The notes under the pieces are model-generated. The model did no database searches, was not told the origin of the DNA, and saw only the letters and a program-made list of their open reading frames with translations. DNA of 27,695 nucleotides. Source: a virus. Taxonomy: Duplodnaviria > Caudoviricetes. The translations under genes were made by a program, and so were the position numbers. The stretch is taken from the IMG/VR virus record IMGVR_UViG_3300025646_000258, positions 1 through 27,695 of that record; one strand, written 5' to 3'. This document shows, one piece after another, positions 15,043 through 24,324 of the stretch (position 1 is its first letter; every line of letters begins with the position of its first letter).

Positions 15043-18000
15043 TACGCTCGACCGAGCGAGGGATGTCTTCGCCAAGTCGCTGACCGATGGCGTCGGAAGG
15101 GCGGATGCAGGGGCTGAGTTTTTCCTTCAGGCCGTGAGCGCTGAGCGCCACGGCTATCTTTTGGGTGCAGACGACGAAGCACTCATCAAGATGTTCTACG
15201 CCGTCATCCGTAAGGAAGACGAAGGTGCAACGGGCACGCAGGGTGCGGTTGACCTTGCCAACGACATGAACGAAGGTATGCAGGAAAGCGGTCTGAGCCA
15301 GTACCAAATTGGCTACGACATCAGTCATGGGGCTGGAATGGGGCTGGCCCCAAACCCCTCCTATGACGAGAATCGAGTTGTCCCTCCTGAGCCAACCGCT
15401 GGCTCTCTTGTCGGTCACCATGTGCAAATGGTTGACGGTCATGAAGACGACCCTTACCGTACTCACGACGTGTTTGGCCCTGACTTCAACCCGCTTTACG
15501 GTCGCATGGGCGAGCATTTGGCTGGCTACTACGTGGCGGACGACCCTCGCGAAGAATCTGTAGCCCAGAAGCATCATCACAAAGAAGGTGCGTGGGAAGA
15601 AGAGGCGAAGGATGGTCTGCACAGTTTCCTGCGTAACGTGCATCACCTCGGCAAGTTGGACACCGATTATGCGACCAACCATGCCCTGTATGAGAGAGAC
15701 TACTCTGATTGGACATCAAACAACAGTTCGGACCTGAGCAGGGTACGCCAGCAATTGGAAGAGGAAGGGTTGGACGAAGGCGAAATTGACCACCGCTTTC
15801 GTCAAGCGCACATCAAGCAGAAGCAGGCTGAGTGGGACGAGAACCTTGGGTTCTTCGACTACCTCTTTGGCATGGAATGGCTGACGCCAGAAGAGCGTGC
15901 AAAGGCCTACGAGTACATGCGCGAGCATGGGGCTGCAAGGCACGAACAGAAACCTCTCAAGTTTGGGCGTCACACAAACGACCCCGATTTCATGCCGCGC
16001 TTCAAGCGCTCGTTCTGGCAGAGGTTCGCCCCTTACTACGACTGGTGGGTGCGCGACCCCAAGGGTCCGGGCGAGGGCATGATGAACCGCCCCATTCGAC
16101 TCCCAGAGGCAGCGACTGAGTACACCGAGAAGCGTTTCAACCTCGATGCACTGCGCTCTCACCGCCCTGACGTCGGTGGCGCACACGGACTTGAGCGAGC
16201 ATACGACTCGTTCAACAGGTTCCTTGATATTGCGGCTCAGTACGAAGGAGTTGACCCCAGACACGTTGAGAAGTACCGGATGAAGGGCGGTCGAGTGCCA
16301 GTCCTGAATCCTGATTATGATGAGAATGGTGAGCAACTTCCCTTACAGTTGACCAACATCGGTAGTCAGCAAGAAATGCGTCCTCAATCAAAAAATGACT
16401 TGCAGGCCCGTAGCAACGGTCTCGGTGAACTCGAATTGCGCCTTCTTCTGGGCATCGACATGAACGGGAAGTTGTACGAAGAAGGGAAGCACCCCCTGTG
16501 GGGAAACCTTTGGATGGCCAAGGACCAGTTCGGAAATCCGGTTGCAGGGATGCAACCTGAGTTCACGCAGGAAGAGGCTGACTCCATCATGCGGGAGCGG
16601 TTACGAGAAGGTGTCCAGACGGCTGCGCCCGGACGTGCTGCTCGCAACCACGCCATTGGGATGTACGGTACCTACGTTGACCCTGACGCTTACGGTTGGA
16701 CCGAAGACCACGATTCGCTCAAGACGTACTTTGCCGAACCCTTCCTCGGCATGGGTGGCCTGCACAAGAACCCTAACGAGTTGTTCAACATCCTTCACCA
16801 CGCAAGTCTTCTTTTCTCGCCCAAGCAGCAGCAGACTCAAGACGAAAGCGAGGCCTTGCGGGGCTTTTCATTGGCTGACTTTGGTATCGAAGAGGAGGAT
16901 GTGCCTGAAGAAGAGGCGGAGTACGAGGCTCAGATGGCTTCTCCTCGCGAGAACAAAGGGGGCAAGCGCGAAGAGAGTCTGCTGTTTTCGCGCACAGGGA
17001 ACAGTATCATGCACCGGCATGACCCAGAATCGGATTCGGCGGCCACCATGGGACCATTCTTGGGACCCTTTGACCAGCGGTCCATCCAGATGGGGGACAT
17101 GGCAGTGGGCAACAAAACAGTTCTGACCAACTCCAAAGGCTCTGACGTCGACGCGGCTGCGAACCTTTCACCTCACCACGTTCTTCAATCGTCCAGTCGA
17201 CAGGGGACGTTCGGCTTCAACTCTCAGACGACCCGACACAACGTGACGGTTGACTCGGCGCACGCCAACCGCCTTCAGGGGGAATACCACAACGCCCGTG
17301 AGTCCGGGGACAGCGATGCTGCACAGGCTGCTCACGACGCGATGAGAGGTAATGTGCCTGAACATATCAAAATCAGCAACCCCTTCGGAGCCGAGGGCGG
17401 CGCTCTCAGCGACGAGACCTTCAATGCCCACGGGGCGCATCACTACTACGACATCGCTCATCGACTTGGCTTTGGTCGAGCGCCAATGGACCCTCAGCGA
17501 GAGCCTTTGGAGCACGGAAGCGCCTTGATGGGCCAGTCTCCGCTGCGCAATCCAGATGAAATGGAGCGGCTTAGTCGGCGGGTCGCTGTTCCTGAAGAAG
17601 CCAACTTTGAGACGGCGAAAGCCGCACTTGATGAGGAGTACGAACGGTACTCCAAATCGGTAGGCGACTCAGAGGAAAAGCAGCAGGAGTTGAAAGAGGA
17701 GTACGAGCGAAGGCTTGCTCGTCTTCAGCAAGAGCATGCTCTGAGACCTTATCCTGACGAAGAAGCACTGTACGGCACAGAATCGTTTTCGATGCCAGAG
17801 CAAGGCGGTATGTTCGGAGCGCTCCAAGGCGGACTTGTTCCTCGGTTGTCGATGCCCAGCCCCCTCAAAGAAAATGAAGAGGAGTTTTTTCGTCTTGTCG
17901 ATGCGTCGGCTCAAGTGCAGGAAGCGCTTGACGCCACAGATGACCCTGCTCGTCGAAAGCAGTTGCAGTCTGAACTCATCGACCTGAATCAGCAGATGGA

Positions 18001-20860
18001 CGTGTTGGAGTCCACGCTTGGTGATGTAGGGGGTCAAGTGGAGGTAGGGGCTGTTTCTTCTACAAGTAAGCGGGCTTCTAAGCGGGCTTCTGTACGAGCA
18101 ACGCATCAGAAGTTGAGGGGCGATACGCAGGCGATTGCGGAAGCAGGCGCTCATTTGAAAGACGTCATCGGCACGACCGACCCGGACGCGCTGGCCCACA
18201 TTTTCGACCCAAGCCTGCCGCACGCCACTGTTGAGGCCAACATGCGTCAGTGGGCGCGCATGGCCAACGACTACCTCAACCGCGTACCGCACCGCCTTCA
18301 CGGCATCCATACCTTGGGGACCACCGAGTTCAGCGAGGCTGGGAGCCAAGCGCAGACGGGCTTTGGCACAAACATCAAGCGCATGGTGCACGATGCAGGC
18401 CAAGTGCCGCCGGTCGACCTGCAGATGATTCTTTCTGGCGGCGCTGGTGATGCGGTGAACGCCATCCTCGATACGCTGGAGTTGGACCCGAACGACCCTC
18501 GCCACGTCAAGATGGCAGAGGAATACTTGGAGCACGATATGTTTCCGAGGATGCTTTCAGGCCAGCCTACCGCGCCCGTGATGACCCTGCGTCAGGTGTT
18601 CAAGCAGATGTACCCGGACATCGACATCGACTTTGAAATCGGCGACCTCCGTAAGCGCACCAACCGTGGCCGTGCAGACGAAATCAAGCAGAAGGTCCAA
18701 GCCCTCCACCGCACCTTTGCCGTAGGTGCTGAAGAGCGCAACGCTCAGTTGGGTCTGTCCCACACGCTTGCGTATAACCCGGACGACCGTGGTTCAGAGG
18801 ATTTCACCAAGAAGCGCTCTGCGATGGGCAACGCGAAGCAGAAATTACTCAGGTACGAAGACGAGCACTTCAACACCCTTCAGCAACTCGACTCCATCAT
18901 TACGGGACTGCCGGAAGTTGAGCCAGCCGCTCAGGTGATGCAAACCCGTCGAGGTATGGGCGCTGTGCCCGTGGACAAGTTCGGGCCGAACACGCACTCG
19001 GTTATGTCGCTGTACAACTCAGCGGGCTACCGTCACGGCATGGGACGAAAGATGCAACCCAACTTTGATTTCCGCATCAAGCCCGATGGCACGGTGTCCA
19101 TCCTCCCCGTGCAGCCCGGAGCGTTGACGACGCACCTTGTTCAGCCGCTGGAGTCGTTCTGGAACAAGGTCGCTCCGGCTGCATGGATGCACATGCTTCG
19201 ACACCCTGACCACGCTGACGCCCGTGCGGCGCTGAACACGGCCGAGCACGAAGCGGCTGAGTTCAAGGTCAACAGCGTGGGCATGAGCCGGAACAGCAGC
19301 GCTCACAACATCACGATGTCCGAGTCAGGCCTTGACGTGCAGTTGGCTGGCTTGACCAACCCTGACGTTATTCGCAAGGAGTTGGGGAAGAAGGTCCCGC
19401 TGCTTCAGCCGATGCACCGCATCTTCGACCTTGACGACTTGGAGCATCTGCGTGGCTTCACTGGAGACTGGGTCGTTTCGACCATGCCTGAAGGTGAGCG
19501 CGGCTTCGTCAAGAAGGAGGACGACAAGGTCACGTCTGACTCGTTCAGTTTGTCGGACAAGGACAAGGAGAACTTCACGAAAGTAGCCAGCGAGGACTAC
19601 CACGCCGACGTCATCAAATTGGAGGACGGCTACTACATCTTCGACGTCATTGAGTTTGACGAGAAAGAGGTGCACGACGTGCCTCTCAACGACCGCATGA
19701 AAATCCTGCGCGGCGCCATGGAGGGCGTGCAGAACATCCACATCCCCAGTGCGAGCGACACGCGCTTGACCGACGACGCAGGTCTCAAGGTCACAGTCGA
19801 AAACCTGCAGAAGGACGACGAACCTATCCTGCTGCGTGATGCCAAGTCCGTCTACATGGCTGGCGAGATGCGGCACCCGAAGTGGGTGCTGCTCAAGCCC
19901 GGCAAAGACGTGGTGCTCCGTGTGCTGGAGCGGCGCGGTGACGGACCCTACACCTATCGACTCGGCACTGGGCCGGTGACGCGTGAAGAGCACATCGGCT
20001 CTCGCGCCGTCGAGTCCGATGGCGAGACCTACATGGACGTCGGTGCGGCGTTCAACAGTCCTGAGAAGTTCAACGAAGGCGACCACGTGCGCGTCAACGT
20101 CGCCAACGTCAGCAAGGTGGAGGGCGCCGACAACACAGCCGTCTACACCCTGACCGGCTCTGAAATTGAAGGAGAGGCTGAAGGAGAAGGCCTCGTTAGT
20201 CAGGAAACCCTGAGCCTGCTTGCCAAAGCAGAAGACCAGTGGCTCTGCGAAGTCACACGGGCTCCCGGCGGGATTCGCGTCAGCATGCCTCAGGGTCACG
20301 TGCTGTACAAGTGCACGCAGAGCGGTTCGATGTGGACGGCCCACAGTCCGCTGGCCGACAACACGTATCTGGTTCGTCTTGCCGAAAGTCAGCGACCCTA
20401 CTGGTCTCCTGTAGCAGGTGCGATGCTCAAGGCTGACGTCGACATCAAGGAGATGGTCGAGGAAGATGAAGACGAGTTTGGCGAAGCCAAGCCTCTCATC
20501 AAGCCAAAGAAAGTGCAGGGCACGTCATGGTGGGAGCAAGAGGAGAAAGTCAAGGCGATGCGACGGGGCATCTTGACGCTGGAGCGCTTCCTGAAGAGCG
20601 GCATCGGCGCAGTGGGCGCATCAAATGCAGGTGCCAAGGGTCTGGGTTTTGACTACGCTACCCCCATTGAGTCTCCGATGGGTCCGACGAACCTCCACGA
20701 CGAGAAGACAATGCCTGATTTTGACAACCGGAAACGGCCCGGCGAGGACTCCGACATTGAGGAAGAATCGGAGGACAGCGAGCCTGCGAAGCACATGGTT
20801 ATCCCTACAAAAGAAGGCGTTCTTGAGGTCACAGACGACAAGGCCGTCTTCCGTATGTAG
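15023..20860 (+). CDS. Giant protein (1945 aa) with a C-terminal degenerate ATP-dependent DNA ligase-like nucleotidyltransferase plus OB-like region
   Basis: About 19400-20200: DWVVSTMPEGERGFV (motif I-like), YYIFDVIEFDEKEVHDVPLNDRMKIL (IIIa), EPILLRDAKSVY..GEMRHPKWVLLK (IV/V), then a beta-rich region. The N-terminal ~1450 aa is unrecognised. Confidence 0.8.
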   Translation: MRETPLDTLDRARDVFAKSLTDGVGRADAGAEFFLQAVSAERHGYLLGADDEALIKMFYAVIRKEDEGATGTQGAVDLANDMNEGMQESGLSQYQIGYDISHGAGMGLAPNPSYDENRVVPPEPTAGSLVGHHVQMVDGHEDDPYRTHDVFGPDFNPLYGRMGEHLAGYYVADDPREESVAQKHHHKEGAWEEEAKDGLHSFLRNVHHLGKLDTDYATNHALYERDYSDWTSNNSSDLSRVRQQLEEEGLDEGEIDHRFRQAHIKQKQAEWDENLGFFDYLFGMEWLTPEERAKAYEYMREHGAARHEQKPLKFGRHTNDPDFMPRFKRSFWQRFAPYYDWWVRDPKGPGEGMMNRPIRLPEAATEYTEKRFNLDALRSHRPDVGGAHGLERAYDSFNRFLDIAAQYEGVDPRHVEKYRMKGGRVPVLNPDYDENGEQLPLQLTNIGSQQEMRPQSKNDLQARSNGLGELELRLLLGIDMNGKLYEEGKHPLWGNLWMAKDQFGNPVAGMQPEFTQEEADSIMRERLREGVQTAAPGRAARNHAIGMYGTYVDPDAYGWTEDHDSLKTYFAEPFLGMGGLHKNPNELFNILHHASLLFSPKQQQTQDESEALRGFSLADFGIEEEDVPEEEAEYEAQMASPRENKGGKREESLLFSRTGNSIMHRHDPESDSAATMGPFLGPFDQRSIQMGDMAVGNKTVLTNSKGSDVDAAANLSPHHVLQSSSRQGTFGFNSQTTRHNVTVDSAHANRLQGEYHNARESGDSDAAQAAHDAMRGNVPEHIKISNPFGAEGGALSDETFNAHGAHHYYDIAHRLGFGRAPMDPQREPLEHGSALMGQSPLRNPDEMERLSRRVAVPEEANFETAKAALDEEYERYSKSVGDSEEKQQELKEEYERRLARLQQEHALRPYPDEEALYGTESFSMPEQGGMFGALQGGLVPRLSMPSPLKENEEEFFRLVDASAQVQEALDATDDPARRKQLQSELIDLNQQMDVLESTLGDVGGQVEVGAVSSTSKRASKRASVRATHQKLRGDTQAIAEAGAHLKDVIGTTDPDALAHIFDPSLPHATVEANMRQWARMANDYLNRVPHRLHGIHTLGTTEFSEAGSQAQTGFGTNIKRMVHDAGQVPPVDLQMILSGGAGDAVNAILDTLELDPNDPRHVKMAEEYLEHDMFPRMLSGQPTAPVMTLRQVFKQMYPDIDIDFEIGDLRKRTNRGRADEIKQKVQALHRTFAVGAEERNAQLGLSHTLAYNPDDRGSEDFTKKRSAMGNAKQKLLRYEDEHFNTLQQLDSIITGLPEVEPAAQVMQTRRGMGAVPVDKFGPNTHSVMSLYNSAGYRHGMGRKMQPNFDFRIKPDGTVSILPVQPGALTTHLVQPLESFWNKVAPAAWMHMLRHPDHADARAALNTAEHEAAEFKVNSVGMSRNSSAHNITMSESGLDVQLAGLTNPDVIRKELGKKVPLLQPMHRIFDLDDLEHLRGFTGDWVVSTMPEGERGFVKKEDDKVTSDSFSLSDKDKENFTKVASEDYHADVIKLEDGYYIFDVIEFDEKEVHDVPLNDRMKILRGAMEGVQNIHIPSASDTRLTDDAGLKVTVENLQKDDEPILLRDAKSVYMAGEMRHPKWVLLKPGKDVVLRVLERRGDGPYTYRLGTGPVTREEHIGSRAVESDGETYMDVGAAFNSPEKFNEGDHVRVNVANVSKVEGADNTAVYTLTGSEIEGEAEGEGLVSQETLSLLAKAEDQWLCEVTRAPGGIRVSMPQGHVLYKCTQSGSMWTAHSPLADNTYLVRLAESQRPYWSPVAGAMLKADVDIKEMVEEDEDEFGEAKPLIKPKKVQGTSWWEQEEKVKAMRRGILTLERFLKSGIGAVGASNAGAKGLGFDYATPIESPMGPTNLHDEKTMPDFDNRKRPGEDSDIEEESEDSEPAKHMVIPTKEGVLEVTDDKAVFRM
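18067..18091 (+). repeat. Perfect 12-nt tandem duplication in coding sequence
   Basis: TAAGCGGGCTTC x2, encoding KRASKRAS. Confidence 0.8.
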
Positions 20861-20867
20861 TTAAGTA
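20861..20867 (+). promoter_or_regulatory. Archaeal TATA-like box for a probably leaderless protease/capsid transcript
   Basis: TTAAGTA ends 24 nt before the ATG at 20892, which has no SD site. Confidence 0.5.
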
Positions 20868-20891
20868 GTGTGACTGTAGATTGCGTGAACA

Positions 20892-22235
20892 ATGAGCGCC
20901 TCGGCGATGCTGCGAACCTCCCCCGTCCAGCACGGCGGGAGCATCAGCATCGTCAAGTCGGACAGCGACCTTGTTATCGCTGGCTACGCTTCGGTCGAGA
21001 TGGTCGACAAGCAGGGCGACCTCATCACCCGTGGAGCCCTCAAGGACGCCTTTGACGGCTTCATGAAGGCGGACGGCTACCGCAACGTCCAACTCGCACA
21101 CTCCAACATTCAGGTGGGTCAGGTTATCCCCTCTTACACGGACTCCAGTGGTCGCGTGTGGAAGTCCGGTGTCGATGACGCCGGCATGTTTGTCGTGATT
21201 CAACTTCGCGACGACATCGAAAAGGCCCGTGAAGTGGCCAACGAGATTCGCAAAGGCGCGCTTCGCGGCTTCAGCATTGGTGGGCAGGCGTTTAAGCGCA
21301 TGCGAAAGAGTGACGCCAGTCATGGCGACTACACTGAAATCTCCAAGTTGGAACTGCACGAGGTGACGATTTGTGAGAAAGGCATCAACCCAGAGGCCAC
21401 ATTCCGAATACTAAAGGAGGACACAACAATGACGAACGAAGACAATGTGTTGGGCGATTTGTCCAGCGTGCTGGACAGGCTGAACGGACGACTGGATGCC
21501 ATGGAAAAGGGTATGCCCCCATTCATGGCAGACAAGAAGAAAGACGAAGAACCCAAAGAGGAGTCTTCGTCTGACGAGGAAGAGGACGAGAAAGATAAGA
21601 CGGAGAAGGGTTTCTCCGACATCATCACCGCCGACTACCTCAACTGGATGGAGAACACGCTCAAGTCGCAGGGTGTCGACACGGGCGCGGCTCGCGCTCA
21701 CTTCGACGGCATCTCCAAGGCCAACCTCGGCTCCACGCCTGAGGCCATCGGCGACGGTGCCGATTACTTCGCTGGGCAGGTCAAGGGTCGCGCTCAGGAA
21801 GGCGGCTCCCCGTCCACGAACGCCATCGGTCGCATCAACTCCGGCGGCGGCCCCGTGGCCAAGGGCTACCTCTCCCCCGATGACGTGACCCCCGCTGACC
21901 TTGAGGCCGCTTACGCTGTCTACAAGGCGGCTGCGGTCGAAGAGCGGTTCAAGGGCTCCCTCGGTACGGTCTTCGCGGACCGCCTCGCCAAGGAACTCAA
22001 CGCTGAGGCGCAGGCCCGTGAGGCCCGCTCCTTCGACGCGCGCACCCCGCTGGCGAACATCGAGAAGGCCCTGAGCGACCTCAGCGCCCGCATCGACAAC
22101 ATCAGCACGTCCGCTGCTGCGGCGCCCGCCATCCGCAAGTCGTTTTCCGCTGTCGAGGTCCCGTCCACTCAGGACCTCGCCAACATGGACTGGGACGAGG
22201 TTCACCGCCTCGCCGGGAGCGTCTTTGAGGTTTGA
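20892..22235 (+). CDS. HK97-type prohead protease fused to a C-terminal scaffolding domain
   Basis: IAGYASVEMVDKQGDLI, LAHSNIQVG (catalytic His), GFSIGG (catalytic Ser), LHEVTICEKGINPEATF; directly upstream of the MCP. Confidence 0.9.
   Translation: MSASAMLRTSPVQHGGSISIVKSDSDLVIAGYASVEMVDKQGDLITRGALKDAFDGFMKADGYRNVQLAHSNIQVGQVIPSYTDSSGRVWKSGVDDAGMFVVIQLRDDIEKAREVANEIRKGALRGFSIGGQAFKRMRKSDASHGDYTEISKLELHEVTICEKGINPEATFRILKEDTTMTNEDNVLGDLSSVLDRLNGRLDAMEKGMPPFMADKKKDEEPKEESSSDEEEDEKDKTEKGFSDIITADYLNWMENTLKSQGVDTGAARAHFDGISKANLGSTPEAIGDGADYFAGQVKGRAQEGGSPSTNAIGRINSGGGPVAKGYLSPDDVTPADLEAAYAVYKAAAVEERFKGSLGTVFADRLAKELNAEAQAREARSFDARTPLANIEKALSDLSARIDNISTSAAAAPAIRKSFSAVEVPSTQDLANMDWDEVHRLAGSVFEV
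21429..22235 (+). CDS. Nested in-frame scaffolding protein (internal start)
   Basis: AAGGAGG (21414-21420) lies 8 nt before an in-frame ATG exactly at the end of the protease domain. The product is helical and charged. Confidence 0.65.
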   Translation: MTNEDNVLGDLSSVLDRLNGRLDAMEKGMPPFMADKKKDEEPKEESSSDEEEDEKDKTEKGFSDIITADYLNWMENTLKSQGVDTGAARAHFDGISKANLGSTPEAIGDGADYFAGQVKGRAQEGGSPSTNAIGRINSGGGPVAKGYLSPDDVTPADLEAAYAVYKAAAVEERFKGSLGTVFADRLAKELNAEAQAREARSFDARTPLANIEKALSDLSARIDNISTSAAAAPAIRKSFSAVEVPSTQDLANMDWDEVHRLAGSVFEV

Positions 22236-22253
22236 GCCTCAGCAGAATAAATT

Positions 22254-22277
22254 GACATGGAGGAATGAATCATGGCA
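22254..22277 (+). repeat. 24-nt translation-initiation repeat, copy 1 (MCP)
   Basis: GACATGGAGGAATGAATCATGGCA, identical to 23420-23443. Confidence 0.9.
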
Positions 22278-23402
22278 CGAGAATACATGCGAACCATCAA
22301 CGACATGGAGCGGTACTACTACGGGGCAGGGTCCTCGATGGGGTACTCCTACTCTGGCAGTGAGTTGCTGAAGGCGGACTCCCCGCTCCTCAGCACCACG
22401 GCCGGTACCTACCAAGCCATCTACGGGCGCAAGGTGTGGAGCCAGTTGAACCAAGAGTTCAACGCCTTCTCCATCCTGCCCAAGAAGCCTTGGGACCGCA
22501 GCGGGTGGCGCGTCGTCACCGCCAAGCCGTCCAAGACGGTCGGCGGCGGCATCGCTGAGAACGGCACCCTGCCGGACACCACCAAGCCGACCTTCCAGAA
22601 CGTGGCTGCGAAGCCCAAGACGGTCGCGCACTCCTTCGACATGTCGGAGACGGCCATCTTCCTGAACGACAAGGACGACGGTCTGGGCGACATCCGCTCG
22701 GTCCTCAAGGAAGAGATGGGCAAGCACCACGCAGAGCACATCAACGACATGCTCACCGAGGACGTTACCAACCCTGCGGGGAACGACATCGAGTCGCTCG
22801 ACCGCGTTACCACGGGGAACAACTCGATGGCTGGTGGCGGTGTTCACTACGACAATGGCGACGAGGACATCTACTCCATCGACCGCAGCGCCAACACGTG
22901 GGCCTTCGCTGAGGACTCCGCCAACGCGTCGTCCACCAACCGGACGCTCAGCCTTGACCACCTCGACGAGACCTTCCGCCTCATCTGGGAGCGCGGTGGC
23001 AACCCCAAGGTCATGCTGACCGGGTACGACACCCTCATGCGCATCCAGCAACTCCTGCAGGCGCAGCAGCGCTTCATGGAAGAGAAGCGCGTGGTCCCCA
23101 CCTACAACGGCGTCAAGGGTGTCCCCGGTATCGAAGCCGGTTTCATCGTGGCGACCTACAACGGTGTCCCCATCATCCCCACCAAGGAAATGGCCGGTGA
23201 CGGCATCAGCCGCATCTACATGCTGGACACGGACTACTGCTACTTCAGCACCGCCAAGCCGACCCAGTACTTCGAGTCGGGCATCGAGACCGGCGACCCC
23301 TTCGCCATCAACCGTCTCGGTCAGGAAGGGCTGTACCGCACGATGGGCGAAATCTGGACCACCTTCTTCGGTGGACAGGGGAGCATCCGCGACCTCCAGT
23401 GA
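22272..23402 (+). CDS. Major capsid protein (HK97 fold inferred)
   Basis: 376 aa after protease/scaffold; strong SD; visibly strong C-ending codon bias; MCP-like segments (AFSILPKKPW, GGGIAENG, LSLDHLD...GGNPKVMLTG, TYNGVPIIP, IYMLDTDY). Confidence 0.88.
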   Translation: MAREYMRTINDMERYYYGAGSSMGYSYSGSELLKADSPLLSTTAGTYQAIYGRKVWSQLNQEFNAFSILPKKPWDRSGWRVVTAKPSKTVGGGIAENGTLPDTTKPTFQNVAAKPKTVAHSFDMSETAIFLNDKDDGLGDIRSVLKEEMGKHHAEHINDMLTEDVTNPAGNDIESLDRVTTGNNSMAGGGVHYDNGDEDIYSIDRSANTWAFAEDSANASSTNRTLSLDHLDETFRLIWERGGNPKVMLTGYDTLMRIQQLLQAQQRFMEEKRVVPTYNGVKGVPGIEAGFIVATYNGVPIIPTKEMAGDGISRIYMLDTDYCYFSTAKPTQYFESGIETGDPFAINRLGQEGLYRTMGEIWTTFFGGQGSIRDLQ

Positions 23403-23419
23403 GGTTGCACCAAAGACAA

Positions 23420-23443
23420 GACATGGAGGAATGAATCATGGCA
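23420..23443 (+). repeat. 24-nt translation-initiation repeat, copy 2
   Basis: Identical to 22254-22277. Confidence 0.9.
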
Positions 23444-23926
23444 GCGAACGAAACTGTAGCAAGCGAAGGTCTGGAACTCCGGTTCAACCCCGGTGACTTC
23501 TCAAACGTCAGTGTGGTGGCCGACCTCGGCCTCCACGCCGGTACCCCCATCAGTGAAACTGGTTGGCTCGACGGCAACACCGGAGGTTCCTACCCCGGAA
23601 GCCTGACGGGCTTCGTCGCCAGCAACTCGGACGGAAACGCGGTGGGCTCAATCCGCCTCATCACCATCAAGTTCGACACTGATGCGGCTACTCCGGTCGA
23701 CATGGTGTTCTTGAGCGGCGTGTCGAAAATCCTTGGTGTCGTCGGGTCGAACAACCCGACTGCCGACAAGACCCTGAACATCGCGACGTTCACGGCTGGC
23801 AAAGTCGACGACACCTCCGGCTCGGAGTCTGTGGCGTCCACGGGCGGCTCTGCCCTTGGCTTCACGGCTGAAACCGAGACAGCCGCCGCGACCGGATGCA
23901 CTGTGACCCTGCTGGTGCTGAACTGA
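23438..23926 (+). CDS. Probable abundant virion protein (capsid decoration/cement candidate)
   Basis: Immediately after the MCP with the same initiation region; G/S/T/A-rich, beta-type composition. Confidence 0.7.
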   Translation: MAANETVASEGLELRFNPGDFSNVSVVADLGLHAGTPISETGWLDGNTGGSYPGSLTGFVASNSDGNAVGSIRLITIKFDTDAATPVDMVFLSGVSKILGVVGSNNPTADKTLNIATFTAGKVDDTSGSESVASTGGSALGFTAETETAAATGCTVTLLVLN

Positions 23927-23937
23927 GGTGAGCCTTC

Positions 23938-24324
23938 GTGCCCACCGTGACTTACATCGGCAGCCGGGTCTACCGGAAGAAGCCTGACGGGACCGGAGAA
24001 CTCTGGCCGCGCGGCGAGCCAGTGAGTGTCTCTCAGGACTATCTGGACAAGCACCGTACCGCCATCTGCACCAACCCGACCGCCTTCCTCGTTGAAGGCG
24101 ACGAGGCTGTGACGGTGGACGAAGGCGCTGACGGCATCCCCGACGAAGGCTGGTCAAAGAAGGACATCAGTGCTTGGCTTGAAGAACGCGGACACGAAAC
24201 TGGCGGCTACACGACCAAGTCGAAGTTGCTGACCACCGTAGCCGAAGTCTTGGCACCCGCACCCGAACCAATTCCTGAGGTCGTCGAGACCTCTGAGGAG
24301 ACCCCCACACAGGAGAGTGAATGA
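23938..24324 (+). CDS. Small protein with a C-terminal HeH/SAP-like helix-extension-helix
   Basis: GTG 6 nt after GAGGTGA; WSKKDISAWLEERGHETGGYTTKSKLLTTV pattern, a type often seen just after MCP genes. Confidence 0.7.
   Translation: MPTVTYIGSRVYRKKPDGTGELWPRGEPVSVSQDYLDKHRTAICTNPTAFLVEGDEAVTVDEGADGIPDEGWSKKDISAWLEERGHETGGYTTKSKLLTTVAEVLAPAPEPIPEVVETSEETPTQESE

Noticed and set aside
19325-20344. 339-aa minus-strand ORF
   Set aside because: Mirror frame of the ligase-like domain; V/L/D/H-rich shadow composition.
22254-23443. 24-nt repeat as CRISPR repeat or att site
   Set aside because: Only two copies about 1.17 kb apart, both coinciding with SD plus start codon; no spacers, cas genes or integrase.
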